64,000 nucleotides of DNA from Candidatus Saccharimonadales bacterium. Its GTDB lineage: Bacteria; Patescibacteriota; Saccharimonadia; Saccharimonadales; SZUA-47. The translations under genes and the position numbers were made by a program. The notes beneath the pieces are model-generated. The model worked only from the letters and a program-made list of their open reading frames with translations. It made no database searches and was not told the origin of the DNA. Positions within the stretch are counted from its first letter, which is position 1. Every line of letters begins with the position of its first letter. Shown here piece after piece: positions 36,112 to 46,356 of the stretch. The stretch lies in assembly GCA_038211855.1 (NCBI GenBank), contig JBBQVE010000005.1, positions 33 through 64,032 of the forward strand. Reading direction: 5' to 3'.

Positions 36112-37356
36112 TTGGAAGAAGTAACGATTGAAAAATTGGTGCATGGCGGGCAAGGTCTTGGAACCTTGCCCGATGGACGTCGTGTGTTCGTCTGGAATGC
36201 ATTGCCTGGCGAGACCGTCAAGGTTGATCTTCTAAAAAGCAAAAAAGGCTTCGCGGAAGCCATTGCCAATGAAGTTATAAGGGCCAGTCCTGATCGTATT
36301 CCACCTCTCGAACCAGACAGTTATCTAGCAACCAGCCCTTGGCAAATGATGCAATGGGAAACCGAGAATAGGTCAAAAAAAGAAATTATCGAAGAGACTT
36401 TTGCGCGTGAAAAAGTTGGGCTGCCAGCGTTTGAATTTGTGCATGGAAAAAAAGAATTTGGCTATCGCAGTAAAATGGAATTTGGCCTATGGGGCGACGA
36501 CGACGGTATTCACTTGGCGCACTTTGTGCGTGGAAGTCATGGTAAAACCAAGGTCAAAGGCAGCGCGTTGGCCAGTGATGAGCTGAACGCCGCCGCAGCC
36601 GCTGTGCTCGCCGAAATTACCTCGCACACTATGCGCGCTGGTGATATTAAATCGATCATGATCCGTAATGATCAAAAAGGTAATTCTGTCGTTGCGCTAT
36701 TCGTAAAGCGCGAGGACTTCACAAAAATAAAAAAGCCAAACAATGTGCAGGGACTGGTCGTGTATTATAGCAATCCAAAGAGCCCAGCCTCGGTGCCCAC
36801 AAAGCTTTTGTATGAGCTTGGTGTGCGAAGCCTGAAAGACACTATTCTTGGTGTGAATTTCTCATATGATGTTCTTTCATTCTTCCAAGTAAATCTGCCA
36901 GTTTTTGAAATGGCAGCAGCGCGCATTCAGAAGTTCGTTAAAGGTGCCAAAAACATCGTTGATCTTTATAGTGGTGTTGGTTCGATAGGGATTCCAGTCG
37001 GTGCCAAAACCCTTGTTGAAATTGATGCCACAAATGTGGCGATGGCCAAAGAAAATATCGGTGATTTGCCAATCGAAGTCGTGCGCGCCAGTGCCGAAGG
37101 TGCTCTTGACTACATTACTGCAGACGCAACGATTATCGTTGACCCTCCGCGCGCTGGATTGCACGCCGATGTGACACAAAAAATTATCGAGGTCAGGCCA
37201 AAAAAAGTCGTCTATTTATCATGCAATCCAAGTACGCAGGCTCGCGACATAAAGCTGCTGACTGACGGCGGCTACAACCTCACCCACTTTGAGGGGTATA
37301 ACTTTTTCCCTCGTACACCTCACATCGAATCACTCGCCGTGTTAGAGTTAAAGTAA
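36112..37356 (+). CDS. RNA (uracil-5)-methyltransferase, TrmA/RlmD family
   Basis: TRAM-like N-terminus (GQGLGTLPDGRRVFVWNALPGETV), SAM motif DLYSGVGSIG, YLSCNPSTQARD, and the C-terminal HIESLAVLE. TTG start. The RumA-type Fe-S cysteine cluster is not evident. Confidence 0.85.
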   Translation: MEEVTIEKLVHGGQGLGTLPDGRRVFVWNALPGETVKVDLLKSKKGFAEAIANEVIRASPDRIPPLEPDSYLATSPWQMMQWETENRSKKEIIEETFAREKVGLPAFEFVHGKKEFGYRSKMEFGLWGDDDGIHLAHFVRGSHGKTKVKGSALASDELNAAAAAVLAEITSHTMRAGDIKSIMIRNDQKGNSVVALFVKREDFTKIKKPNNVQGLVVYYSNPKSPASVPTKLLYELGVRSLKDTILGVNFSYDVLSFFQVNLPVFEMAAARIQKFVKGAKNIVDLYSGVGSIGIPVGAKTLVEIDATNVAMAKENIGDLPIEVVRASAEGALDYITADATIIVDPPRAGLHADVTQKIIEVRPKKVVYLSCNPSTQARDIKLLTDGGYNLTHFEGYNFFPRTPHIESLAVLELK

Positions 37357-38064
37357 ATGAAACTTCACAGATTTTTCGCCGGCGATTTACACGACAAATA
37401 TGGACCGACTGAACTGCGTCAGCACATTTGGGTCAGTGATGCGGAACTATTTAATCAGTGGAGTCGGGTGCTCCGCTACAAAGTAGGTGACGAGCTGGTG
37501 CTCTTCAATGGCCAAGGAGAAGATCGCCTCTATAAAATCCACAAGATTGAAGATTTGAGCATCGGTCTCGATCTTGTGACTGAACTTGAGCCAAGCTATC
37601 CACGACGCGAAGTCTATTTGTTTTGGAGCATGCTCAAAAAAGATAAAAATGAGTGGGTGCTGCAGAAGTGTACCGAAATCGGCGTCACGCACTTCGTGCC
37701 GATCGTATCTGACCGTACCGAAAAGACCGGTTTTGATGAAGAGCGTGCCAAGAAAATTGTGATAGAAGCTAGTGAACAGTGTGGCCGCAGCGATATTCCG
37801 CGCGTCCGTGAAGCCATGAACCTCGATTCGGCGGTCGAAGAATTTAAAGACAAGATTGATCTGTATTTTGCTGAGCAAACTGAGGCCAGTGATGAGCTGG
37901 GTGATGCCGAAAAGCCGGTCGGCGTATTTGTGGGTCCAGAAGGTGGTTGGACCGACACCGAAAAAGAGCTTCTCGCCAAAACCTGCAAAAAAATTAACAT
38001 CGCTCAGTTCACGTTGCGAGCCGAAACCGCCTGCGTCACTGCTGCCTCATTACTGCTGCAATAA
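37357..38064 (+). CDS. rsmE: 16S rRNA (uracil1498-N3)-methyltransferase RsmE
   Basis: MKLHRFF start, a PUA-like N-terminus, and the SPOUT C-terminus VGPEGGWTDTE...LRAETA. Confidence 0.9.
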   Translation: MKLHRFFAGDLHDKYGPTELRQHIWVSDAELFNQWSRVLRYKVGDELVLFNGQGEDRLYKIHKIEDLSIGLDLVTELEPSYPRREVYLFWSMLKKDKNEWVLQKCTEIGVTHFVPIVSDRTEKTGFDEERAKKIVIEASEQCGRSDIPRVREAMNLDSAVEEFKDKIDLYFAEQTEASDELGDAEKPVGVFVGPEGGWTDTEKELLAKTCKKINIAQFTLRAETACVTAASLLLQ

Positions 38065-38123
38065 TACTTGTACTACTCATTAGAGTCGCTTATGCTTCAC
38101 TCAGGTATATTTAAGGAGACTTT

Positions 38124-38654
38124 ATGGATCCGCAACAACAGCCAGCTCCAAACGTACATCCGATGCCGCCAGTGCCGCCAGAGCTTCCTGGCTCACTGCC
38201 AGCTGCACCACCAGTTGGAATCTACCCACAAGCAGCACCGATCGGTGGGCCATTACAGCCAGTGAACTTTGGTGAGCAAAAGGTGCCGCTTTCCGTCCAG
38301 ATCTTCTACGTACTGGCTGTCATCGGTCTCGTAGTCGGTGTTTTGGCGCTCTTAGTTATTCTATTTTTGGGTACACAAGCTGCACACAGCTCATTTTCTG
38401 GATTTGGCGGCCTCATCTTCGTTATCGCACTCGCCTTAGTCGCTTTGGTTGGGTTCATGTTCTTTCTGGCTGTTAAAATTCGCGCCGGAAGAAAGTGGGC
38501 ACTCATCGTGTATTCCGTAATTCTTGGTATCAGCTTACTTAGTAATCTTATTGGACACAATTCAAGATCCATAGGCACGAGCATCAGCGGAGAGCTCGTC
38601 ACCACTGTACTCGTCGTTCTGATGTGGACCAGAGACCGCCACTACTTCCGCTAA
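38124..38654 (+). CDS. membrane protein with Pro-rich N-terminus, unknown function
   Basis: AAGGAG SD. The first 45 aa are Pro-rich, followed by 4 hydrophobic helices. Confidence 0.6.
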   Translation: MDPQQQPAPNVHPMPPVPPELPGSLPAAPPVGIYPQAAPIGGPLQPVNFGEQKVPLSVQIFYVLAVIGLVVGVLALLVILFLGTQAAHSSFSGFGGLIFVIALALVALVGFMFFLAVKIRAGRKWALIVYSVILGISLLSNLIGHNSRSIGTSISGELVTTVLVVLMWTRDRHYFR

Positions 38655-38687
38655 AAAGCGTCGCCAGACTGTTACAATTAAAGCCAT

Positions 38688-39479
38688 ATGGTAAATAATT
38701 ACTGGCGGGAGCGCTCACAACCGTACCTGCCCGGGCAGACCAAACCTTTTAAAGTCAGTCGCAGTAAGATTGAGTTGTTTATGCAGTGTCCGCGCTGCTT
38801 CTGGCTGGATGTGCGGCTCAAAATTACGCGTCCCAACAGTCCACCGTTCAACATCAATAAAACGATTGATGAGCTCTTCAAAAAAGAGTTCGATCTGTAC
38901 CGCGCCAAAGGTGAGCCGCACCCACTAATCACTGAGTATAAGATTGACGCGATCCCATTTGCGCATAAAGATTTGGATCAGTGGCGTGAGACATTTGTCG
39001 GTGTTTATACCGTCCACGAACCAACAAATTTGCATGTTTTTGGTGGCATCGACGATGTCTGGGTGCGCCCGAACGGGGAACTGGCTGTCGTCGATTATAA
39101 AGCGACTTCAAAAAATAAAGAAGTCGATATTAATTCCGATTGGCAAGTCTCATATAAACGACAACTCGAAGTCTATCAATGGTTGCTGCGTCAAAATGGC
39201 CAGGTCGTATCTGACACAGGCTACTTTGTTTATACGAATGGCCGGATGGATGTTGATGGCTTTAATGATCGTGTTGAATTCCGCACAAAAGTGATTCCAT
39301 ATACGGGCAACGCTAGCTGGGTCGAACCGACACTCGTAAAAATGAAAAAATGCATGGAAAGTGACGCGATGCCGCCGGTCGGCATGGCCGCAATGGGCGG
39401 AGAATGTGATTTCTGCATGTATGCCCGAAGTCGCACGCAACTCACCTTGGATGCAATCAAAAAAAAGATTAAAAAATAA
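38688..39479 (+). CDS. PD-(D/E)XK nuclease, Cas4/AddB-like with Cys cluster
   Basis: N-terminal CPRCFW. Core GGIDDVW...AVVDYKATS (D...D-x-K). QLEVYQWLL. C-terminal GGECDFCMY completes a Cas4-type four-Cys arrangement. Confidence 0.75.
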   Translation: MVNNYWRERSQPYLPGQTKPFKVSRSKIELFMQCPRCFWLDVRLKITRPNSPPFNINKTIDELFKKEFDLYRAKGEPHPLITEYKIDAIPFAHKDLDQWRETFVGVYTVHEPTNLHVFGGIDDVWVRPNGELAVVDYKATSKNKEVDINSDWQVSYKRQLEVYQWLLRQNGQVVSDTGYFVYTNGRMDVDGFNDRVEFRTKVIPYTGNASWVEPTLVKMKKCMESDAMPPVGMAAMGGECDFCMYARSRTQLTLDAIKKKIKK

Positions 39480-39503
39480 CTTCTTTCAGGCTATAATGGA
39501 AGC

Positions 39504-40805
39504 ATGATTGACATTGAGTTTATTCGTCAGCACCCCGACGAAGTGAGGGAAAAGTCAGCTCAAAAGAGCTACCCAGTGGATGTCGAGGCGATTCTGAAAC
39601 TCGATACCGAGTACCGCGAACTACTAGGCACGGTTGAGGCCTTGCGCGCTAAGCGCAATGAGATCGCCGGCCGTATGAAGGGTGGCAAACCGTCCAAAGA
39701 TGATATAAACGAGGGTAAGCAGGTCAAGGTTGAACTGGCCGAGCGCGAAGGCTATCTTGCCGAAAGCGAAACGGCCCTCGCAGCACAGCTCAAAAAAGTC
39801 CCAAATATGCCGCTTGCCGAAGTACCAGTCGGTGCCAGTGAGGACGAAAATAAGGTCGTTAAAACAGTTGGCGAGCCGACGAAATTTGATTTCGAACCGA
39901 AGAACCATGCCCAAATCGGCGAACAAAATGACTGGATCGACAAAGAGCGAGCCACCAAAGTTGCGGGCGCCCGCTTTACCTATCTTAAAGGTCCAATCGT
40001 CCTCCTGCAATTCGCGATTATGCAGTGGGTGATGAGCGTCTTAACAAGCGAAACGACGCTGCAAAAAATCATCGATGACAACGACCTCAAAGTCAGTGCC
40101 AAGCCGTTTATCCCCGTTATTCCTCCTGCAATTGTGAAAACCGATGCATATAAAGCCACCGGCCGATTGAACGAAGAAGAAGTCACTTATAAGCTCGTCG
40201 GTGACGAAGAACAGTGGCTTAACGCCAGCGCCGAACACACGCTCTGCAATATATATATGGGTGAGACGTTACTGGCCGATACATTGCCTCGGCGATTTAT
40301 CGGCTACTCTACCAGCTTTCGGAAAGAGGCCGGCACATATGGTAAAGACATGGAAGGCATCATCCGTTTGCACCAGTTCGACAAGCTCGAGATGGAATCT
40401 TTCACGACCCCAGAAGATGGTGCCAATGAACACGCTTTCATGATAGCCATTCAGGAATACCTCGTCACACAGTTGGGGTTGCCGTATCGCATGCTTCAGA
40501 AATGTACGTTCGATATTGGTTTCCCGAATGCCAGTGGTTGGGATCTTGAAGTTTGGGTGCCGACTCAAAACAAGTATCGCGAGACGCATTCCGCCGATTT
40601 TATGGCCGACTTCCAAGCCCGCGGCCTCAACACGCGCGTCAAAAGTAAAGACGGCAAAATCGTCTTCGCCAACACCAATGATGCCACCGCTTTTGCACTC
40701 GGCAGAATCATGGCCTTCATTATTGAGAATTATCAAACTGCCGATGGACAGGTGCGTATCCCAGAGGTCTTAAGGCAATTTATGGGAGGGGTAGAACAGA
40801 TATGA
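39504..40805 (+). CDS. serS: seryl-tRNA synthetase
   Basis: MIDIEFIRQHPDEV, an N-terminal coiled-coil arm, and the class II motifs FRKEAG and TSNC-type core. Confidence 0.96.
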   Translation: MIDIEFIRQHPDEVREKSAQKSYPVDVEAILKLDTEYRELLGTVEALRAKRNEIAGRMKGGKPSKDDINEGKQVKVELAEREGYLAESETALAAQLKKVPNMPLAEVPVGASEDENKVVKTVGEPTKFDFEPKNHAQIGEQNDWIDKERATKVAGARFTYLKGPIVLLQFAIMQWVMSVLTSETTLQKIIDDNDLKVSAKPFIPVIPPAIVKTDAYKATGRLNEEEVTYKLVGDEEQWLNASAEHTLCNIYMGETLLADTLPRRFIGYSTSFRKEAGTYGKDMEGIIRLHQFDKLEMESFTTPEDGANEHAFMIAIQEYLVTQLGLPYRMLQKCTFDIGFPNASGWDLEVWVPTQNKYRETHSADFMADFQARGLNTRVKSKDGKIVFANTNDATAFALGRIMAFIIENYQTADGQVRIPEVLRQFMGGVEQI

Positions 40806-41176
40806 AATTAGAAATTGCCGGCGTTCATTTAGAACTCGAAGAAGACCTCAAAAAATACGTCACCAAAAATATTGAAAAGCTCGAGCACTTCATTCCGCGA
40901 CTTGCTCGTCGTTCGGCCCATGTCGAAGTCAAACTCAAAGAGTCACATGCTAAAAACAAACGTCAGTTTACCTGCGAAATCATGCTGACACTCCCAGGTG
41001 AGAAAATCATGGTCACCGAAAGCACGCTGAACATATTTGCAGCCGTCGATATTGCCGAAGAAACTCTCAAAAACCGTCTCAAAAAGTACAAAGAAAAACG
41101 AGTGAGTGAAAAATCTGCTCACAAAGACCGCAAAGTCCGTAAATTACTCGGGAAGATATTAGCCAAAAATAGGTGA
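40802..41176 (+). CDS. hpf: ribosome hibernation promoting factor / RaiA family (short)
   Basis: MKLEIAGVHLELEEDLKKYVTKNIEKLEHF...VEVKL is an S30AE-type fold. Overlaps serS by 4 nt. Confidence 0.85.
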   Translation: MKLEIAGVHLELEEDLKKYVTKNIEKLEHFIPRLARRSAHVEVKLKESHAKNKRQFTCEIMLTLPGEKIMVTESTLNIFAAVDIAEETLKNRLKKYKEKRVSEKSAHKDRKVRKLLGKILAKNR

Positions 41177-41302
41177 AAAAACACCCCTTGTAAGGTATAA
41201 TCAAAGGTGAATGACATGCTAGTAGGTGGGCCAAAGTGCTTTTTCGCTTTGTGCAGCCTGTTCGGCAACTTATAACACCCGAAGGATAGTGCTAAAAAGC
41301 GT

Positions 41303-43909
41303 ATGAAAAAAACCGTCAAACGATTACTCGGCGACCCACAGGCAAAAACGCTCAAGCGCATGCGTAAGCGCGTTGTAGTTATTAATAAGCTTGAACCAAA
41401 GTACAAAAAGATGTCTGACAAGGATTTGGCAGCGCAGACCGATATTCTCAGAAAGCGCCTCAAGGGCAAGGATACGCTCGATACAATTTTACCGGATGCT
41501 TTTGCGGTAGTTCGCGAAGCCTCGAGCCGCGCGCTTGGTATGCGCCACTTTGATGTCCAGCTCGTGGGTGGCCAAGTATTGCACGAAGGCAAAGTTGCCG
41601 AAATGAAGACTGGTGAAGGTAAGACGCTCGTTGCGACCTTACCGATTTATCTGAACGCTATTCAAGGCAAAGGTGCCCATCTCGTCACGGTCAACGAATA
41701 CCTTGTGCAGCGTGATGCTGGCTGGATGGCTCAAGTGTACAGTTTCTTAGGTCTCACGACTGGTGTTATTATCCCTGATCAATCGTTCATTTATGACAAA
41801 GATTTCCTTAACAAAGATCACGAAGATCCTCGCTTCCAACACCTCAAGCCATGCACGCGTCAAGACGCGTACCGCGCCGATATCACCTATGGTACCAACA
41901 ACGAATATGGCTTCGATTACCTCCGCGACAATATGGTGCGCGAAGTCGAGCAGCTGCGCCAACGTGAGCTAAACTTTGCCATCGTCGACGAAGTTGACTC
42001 CATCCTGATTGATGAAGCTCGTACGCCGCTCATTATCAGTGCCAGTGCGACTGCCAGTGGCAGCGCCTACGCCCAGTTTGCCAAACTGACTCGTAACCTG
42101 AAGCTTGATGAACACTTTGAGGTCGACGAAAAGCGCCGTACGGTTGTTTTAACAGACGAAGGTATCAGTTACATCGAGAAAGCCCTCGGTCTCAATAATC
42201 TATACGACACCACCAATATTCGTACGATTTATCACCTCGATCAAGCCTTGAAGGCCCATGGCCTATTCAAGCGTGACAAAGATTACGTCGTCACCACTGA
42301 TGGCGAAGTCGTGATCGTCGATGAATTCACTGGTCGTCTGCTGAAGGGTCGCCGCTATAACGAAGGCCTCCATCAGGCCATCGAAGCCAAAGAAAACGTG
42401 ACTGTCCAAGAAGAATCCATGACCCTGGCAACCATCAGCTTCCAGAACTACTTTCGCCTGTACACCAAACTATCTGGTATGACCGGTACCGCCGAAACCG
42501 AAGCCGAAGAATTCCACATGATCTACAAGCTCGACGTCGTGCAGATTCCACCGAACCGCAAAGTGTCGCGTAATGACCGTCCCGACCGCATTTACCGGAC
42601 AGAAGCCGGCAAGTTTAAAGCCATCGCCAAAGAAGTAAAACGTCTCCATACCAAGGGCCAGCCGGTGCTACTTGGTACTGTTTCAATCGAAAAGAACGAG
42701 CTGTTAAGCGAACTTCTCAACAAAGAGAAGGTTCCGCACCAGATTTTGAACGCCAAGAACAACGAACGTGAGGCCAAGATCGTGGCCGAGGCCGGTAACA
42801 AAGGTGCTGTCACATTGGCCACTAACATTGCTGGTCGCGGTACCGACATCGTACTTGGCGAAGGCGTCAAAGAAGTCGGTGGACTCTTTGTGCTTGGTAG
42901 CGAACGTCACGAATCACGTCGTATCGACAACCAGCTACGTGGTCGTTCCGGTCGGCAAGGTGACCCGGGTGAAAGTCAGTTCTTTGTATCTACGGAAGAC
43001 GATCTGATGCGTATCTTTGGTGGCGAGCGTATTGCTGGCATCATGTCTCGCCTAAAAATTGAAGACGAAATCCCAATCGAGAACCGCATTATCAGCAAAT
43101 CACTCGAATCAGCCCAAAAGAAGGTCGAAGGCTTCAACTTTGATATGCGTAAGAACGTCGTCGAGTATGACGATGTCATGAACCGTCACCGTAAGGCGAC
43201 GTATGTGATGCGCCGCGAAATCCTGCATCAGGCGGAAATTTCTGGCCGCATTAAAGAATTTACGAAAGACGAAGCCCGAACTTTGGTGGCTTCTCCAGAA
43301 TCAATTCAGGCCGGATTCGACAAACTGATCGCCGAAGTCTTCCCGCTATCTGATGCAGAACTCGATCGTCTATTCAACGCCGAAGCCAGCAAGTTCGAGA
43401 AGTCACTCGCCGAAGCCGGTGCCGAACTCTATAAAGACAAAGAAGAGCAGTTTGGTAAAGTCGTTCTGCAAAAAGTAGAGCGTGACATCTACCTGCAGGT
43501 GCTCGATAACCTCTGGATGCAACACCTCGAAAACATGGACCACCTGCGCGAAGGCATTCACTGGATAAGTGTCGGCCAGCGCGATCCGCTCGTTGAATAC
43601 CGCCGTCAAGGACAACATCTCTTCGAAAAAATGCAGCAGGACTTGCGCCGCGAAACATTGAAGGCACTGTTCAGTGCTGAGCCAAGTTCGATTGAAGATC
43701 TCGATGAGCCAATCGAAACCGAGCTGACGCGTGCTGCCCGCCAATCTGTTGATAATGCCGACAAAATACTTGACGCCGATGAGTTTGAAGAAATAGATTT
43801 CACAACCGAAAAGAGCGACAAGAGCGCACTCGCCAAGAAGCACAACGTCAAAAAGAAGACTCGCAAAGCGGAGCGAACCCGTAAAAAAACCGGCCGAAAA
43901 CGAAAATAG
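41303..43909 (+). CDS. secA: preprotein translocase ATPase SecA
   Basis: DEAD motor motifs MKTGEGKTLVATLP, DEVDSILIDEARTPLIIS, TNIAGRGTDI, and a basic C-terminal tail. Confidence 0.98.
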   Translation: MKKTVKRLLGDPQAKTLKRMRKRVVVINKLEPKYKKMSDKDLAAQTDILRKRLKGKDTLDTILPDAFAVVREASSRALGMRHFDVQLVGGQVLHEGKVAEMKTGEGKTLVATLPIYLNAIQGKGAHLVTVNEYLVQRDAGWMAQVYSFLGLTTGVIIPDQSFIYDKDFLNKDHEDPRFQHLKPCTRQDAYRADITYGTNNEYGFDYLRDNMVREVEQLRQRELNFAIVDEVDSILIDEARTPLIISASATASGSAYAQFAKLTRNLKLDEHFEVDEKRRTVVLTDEGISYIEKALGLNNLYDTTNIRTIYHLDQALKAHGLFKRDKDYVVTTDGEVVIVDEFTGRLLKGRRYNEGLHQAIEAKENVTVQEESMTLATISFQNYFRLYTKLSGMTGTAETEAEEFHMIYKLDVVQIPPNRKVSRNDRPDRIYRTEAGKFKAIAKEVKRLHTKGQPVLLGTVSIEKNELLSELLNKEKVPHQILNAKNNEREAKIVAEAGNKGAVTLATNIAGRGTDIVLGEGVKEVGGLFVLGSERHESRRIDNQLRGRSGRQGDPGESQFFVSTEDDLMRIFGGERIAGIMSRLKIEDEIPIENRIISKSLESAQKKVEGFNFDMRKNVVEYDDVMNRHRKATYVMRREILHQAEISGRIKEFTKDEARTLVASPESIQAGFDKLIAEVFPLSDAELDRLFNAEASKFEKSLAEAGAELYKDKEEQFGKVVLQKVERDIYLQVLDNLWMQHLENMDHLREGIHWISVGQRDPLVEYRRQGQHLFEKMQQDLRRETLKALFSAEPSSIEDLDEPIETELTRAARQSVDNADKILDADEFEEIDFTTEKSDKSALAKKHNVKKKTRKAERTRKKTGRKRK

Positions 43910-43933
43910 TCGCCACAACGATAAGGAATCAAA

Positions 43934-45208
43934 TTGAAACACACTGTCGAAGAAGTTACTCTTAAAAACGGCCTCCAAGGGCTGGTAATACGTACCCCAG
44001 GAGCATCGGTGGTCAGTGTTGAAGTCAGTATGCGCGCCGGCGAGTTCTTACTCGAAAAAGAGAAGTGGGAAACAGCTCATCTCATGGAACACCTCATGTT
44101 GGGCGCGAATACCAACTTCAAAACCGCCCGCGCTTTTCAATCTGAACTTGAGAAAAACGGTGCATATAGTAATGCCAGCACCAGTGTGTATGACGTCACC
44201 TATGAGCTTGAATGTGCCGCCTTTGAGGCCGACCGAGTCATCGAACTTTTAGTGCGCGGTCTCGAAAAGCCGGTTTTTAAAAAGAGCGAATTTAAGGCCG
44301 AATTCGGGAACGTTTCCGAAGAACTGGTTGGACGCTCCAACAATCATTTCAGGGCACTAAACCTTGGGCTGCGTCAGGCACTGGGTCTCTTTGGCTTGAC
44401 CGACGCCGAGCGAATCGAACTGATAAAAAACGTCCACGTTGAAGATGTTCGTGAGCACTACATGAAGACGCACAGCATCAAGAATACCCGATTTATTATT
44501 GCCGGTGACATACAGGATTCACAACTGGCGATTCTGGAATCAATGCAGCTGCCGGGTACGGCTGAGCGTATTGATCTGCCAGATGAGTTACCAAAACAGA
44601 ACGCAGCACCACTCGTGATTGTGCGTGGCGATGTCCCTAACATGTATTTTTATATTGATACGTATGCTGGTCGATCGTTGACTCGTGCCGAGCGCGATGC
44701 GCTGAGTCTCGCCAGCACATTACTCACCGATACGCTTCATTCGAAATTACTTGGTACGGCGCGTGAACTTGGATTAGTTTATGCAATGGGCTCGGGGTTG
44801 CAGCATCTTAAAACCAACAGTAGTTTTTGGTTGGGTGCGCAGGTCAGCAAAAAGAATAGTAAAAAATTGTTTGCACTCATTACGACCGTATTATCGGATC
44901 TCGCCCGCAATGGCGTTTCAGATGTTGAACTCGAAGCCGCCAAGCAATACATGCGCGGCAAATACGAACGTTCCGCGCAGACTGTGTCTGGTACCTTACA
45001 GCGCTACGCCGGTGAATATTATCATGATGGTGTCGTCGAAGACGAGGCACACTACAATGAGCATCTTTCGGCGGTTACAAATCAACAATTGATCGATGCT
45101 ATACGCACTGTTACTGGTGGCGGTGCTTGGGCGCTTGGCATTTTAGGTTCTGTAAGTGAAGCAGAAGCGGCAGGGCTACACGAGTCGCTCGCGCCGTTAT
45201 TCGTTTGA
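43934..45208 (+). CDS. M16 (pitrilysin) family zinc peptidase
   Basis: Inverted zinc motif HLMEHLM (HxxEH) near the N-terminus. 424 aa. TTG start preceded by AAGGAA. Confidence 0.85.
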   Translation: MKHTVEEVTLKNGLQGLVIRTPGASVVSVEVSMRAGEFLLEKEKWETAHLMEHLMLGANTNFKTARAFQSELEKNGAYSNASTSVYDVTYELECAAFEADRVIELLVRGLEKPVFKKSEFKAEFGNVSEELVGRSNNHFRALNLGLRQALGLFGLTDAERIELIKNVHVEDVREHYMKTHSIKNTRFIIAGDIQDSQLAILESMQLPGTAERIDLPDELPKQNAAPLVIVRGDVPNMYFYIDTYAGRSLTRAERDALSLASTLLTDTLHSKLLGTARELGLVYAMGSGLQHLKTNSSFWLGAQVSKKNSKKLFALITTVLSDLARNGVSDVELEAAKQYMRGKYERSAQTVSGTLQRYAGEYYHDGVVEDEAHYNEHLSAVTNQQLIDAIRTVTGGGAWALGILGSVSEAEAAGLHESLAPLFV

Positions 45209-45235
45209 ACCTAGGCAAGGTATACTGAGTAATGT

Positions 45236-46321
45236 ATGGAAGACCTCAAAAAGCAGATCGCAGAGACCCTTGCAGCGGTACATAAGGCGCGTGAAAAAGT
45301 GCCGCTTCTAGAGCTTATGCAAAGCATCGCTGGCTATAAAAAAGAGATGGATGACGTAGCAGGTTTTTGGACTAACCGTCAGCGCGCAGAGGTTGTTACC
45401 AAAGAACGCGCGGCAGCCGAGCAGACGGTCAAGTTGTGGGACGGATTTGTTCTTGAACTGCTAGATATGTCAGAACTTGCTGACCTAAATGACGATTCGC
45501 TCATCGATGATTTGACTGAGCAACTGCACATTTTACAAAAATCGTTTACCGTAGCCAAGCGCGAGCTGGAATTCGACGGTCCGTACGATAATCATAATGT
45601 TATATTGCGAATATTGGCCGGGGCAGGTGGCACCGATGCACAAGACTGGGCTGGCATGTTGCTGCGCATGTATACGCGTTGGGCGGAAGCGCACAAAGTT
45701 AAAGCAGTCGTTTTGGAAGAATCAACTGGTGAAGAAGCTGGTCTCAAAAGCGTCACGGTTGAACTGACCGGCGGCAGTTTTTTGTATGGTAAATTCCGCG
45801 GCGAACATGGCGTGCACCGCCTCGTGCGATTGAGTCCTTTTAACGCTGATTCTTTGCGCCAAACTAGTTTTGCACGCGTCGAAATCATGCCAAAAGTAGA
45901 TCGGCCAAGCGAAGTTGAAATTGACGATAACGACCTGAAAATCGATGTCTACCGTAGCGGTGGCAAAGGTGGCCAATCAGTCAATACAACAGATTCGGCA
46001 GTTCGTATTACTCACCTGCCAACCGGAATTGTGGTGTCGATTCAGAATGAGCGCTCGCAGCTGCAAAATCGCGAAACCGCTATGACAATTCTAAGATCAA
46101 AACTAGTAGCCTTGCAGTTAGAGCAGCACAAAGAAAAAGCCAGCGAATTGCGCGGTCCGAGTGAGGAAGCGGCCTGGGGAAATCAGATTCGTAATTACGT
46201 CCTACATCCCTACAAAATGGTCAAAGACCTGCGCACCAATTATGAAACCAGCGACACCCAAGGAGTTCTCGACGGCGATCTTGATCCATTCATCTCAGCC
46301 TATTTAGAATCAGCTAAATAG
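45236..46321 (+). CDS. prfB: peptide chain release factor 2 (single ORF, no programmed frameshift)
   Basis: SPF tripeptide (RLSPFNADS) and GGQ motif (GGKGGQSVNTTDSAVRITHLPTG). The reading frame is continuous from the ATG. Confidence 0.96.
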   Translation: MEDLKKQIAETLAAVHKAREKVPLLELMQSIAGYKKEMDDVAGFWTNRQRAEVVTKERAAAEQTVKLWDGFVLELLDMSELADLNDDSLIDDLTEQLHILQKSFTVAKRELEFDGPYDNHNVILRILAGAGGTDAQDWAGMLLRMYTRWAEAHKVKAVVLEESTGEEAGLKSVTVELTGGSFLYGKFRGEHGVHRLVRLSPFNADSLRQTSFARVEIMPKVDRPSEVEIDDNDLKIDVYRSGGKGGQSVNTTDSAVRITHLPTGIVVSIQNERSQLQNRETAMTILRSKLVALQLEQHKEKASELRGPSEEAAWGNQIRNYVLHPYKMVKDLRTNYETSDTQGVLDGDLDPFISAYLESAK

Positions 46322-46356
46322 TCCTTTAAGTGAAGCGCTTTTGCTATACTGTTTAT

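Noticed and set aside
41119-41592. 157-aa minus-strand ORF spanning the hpf-secA spacer and the secA 5' end.
   Set aside because: It overlaps the highly conserved SecA N-terminus in antisense. Its product is Ser/Arg/Leu-rich with no motifs. It is a shadow ORF.
43403-43978. 191-aa and 112-aa minus-strand ORFs covering the 3' end of secA and the start of the M16 peptidase gene.
   Set aside because: They are shadow ORFs opposite the charged Lys/Glu-rich SecA C-terminus, with no independent signals, and both sense genes are clearly real.
45236-46321. Looked for the programmed +1 frameshift site (CUU UGA C type) usual in prfB.
   Set aside because: The RF2 reading frame is continuous from its ATG with no in-frame UGA near codon 25, so this prfB appears to lack autoregulatory frameshifting. 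It is not a pseudogene. Intact RF2 and TGA stops (for example at xseB) also argue against UGA recoding.
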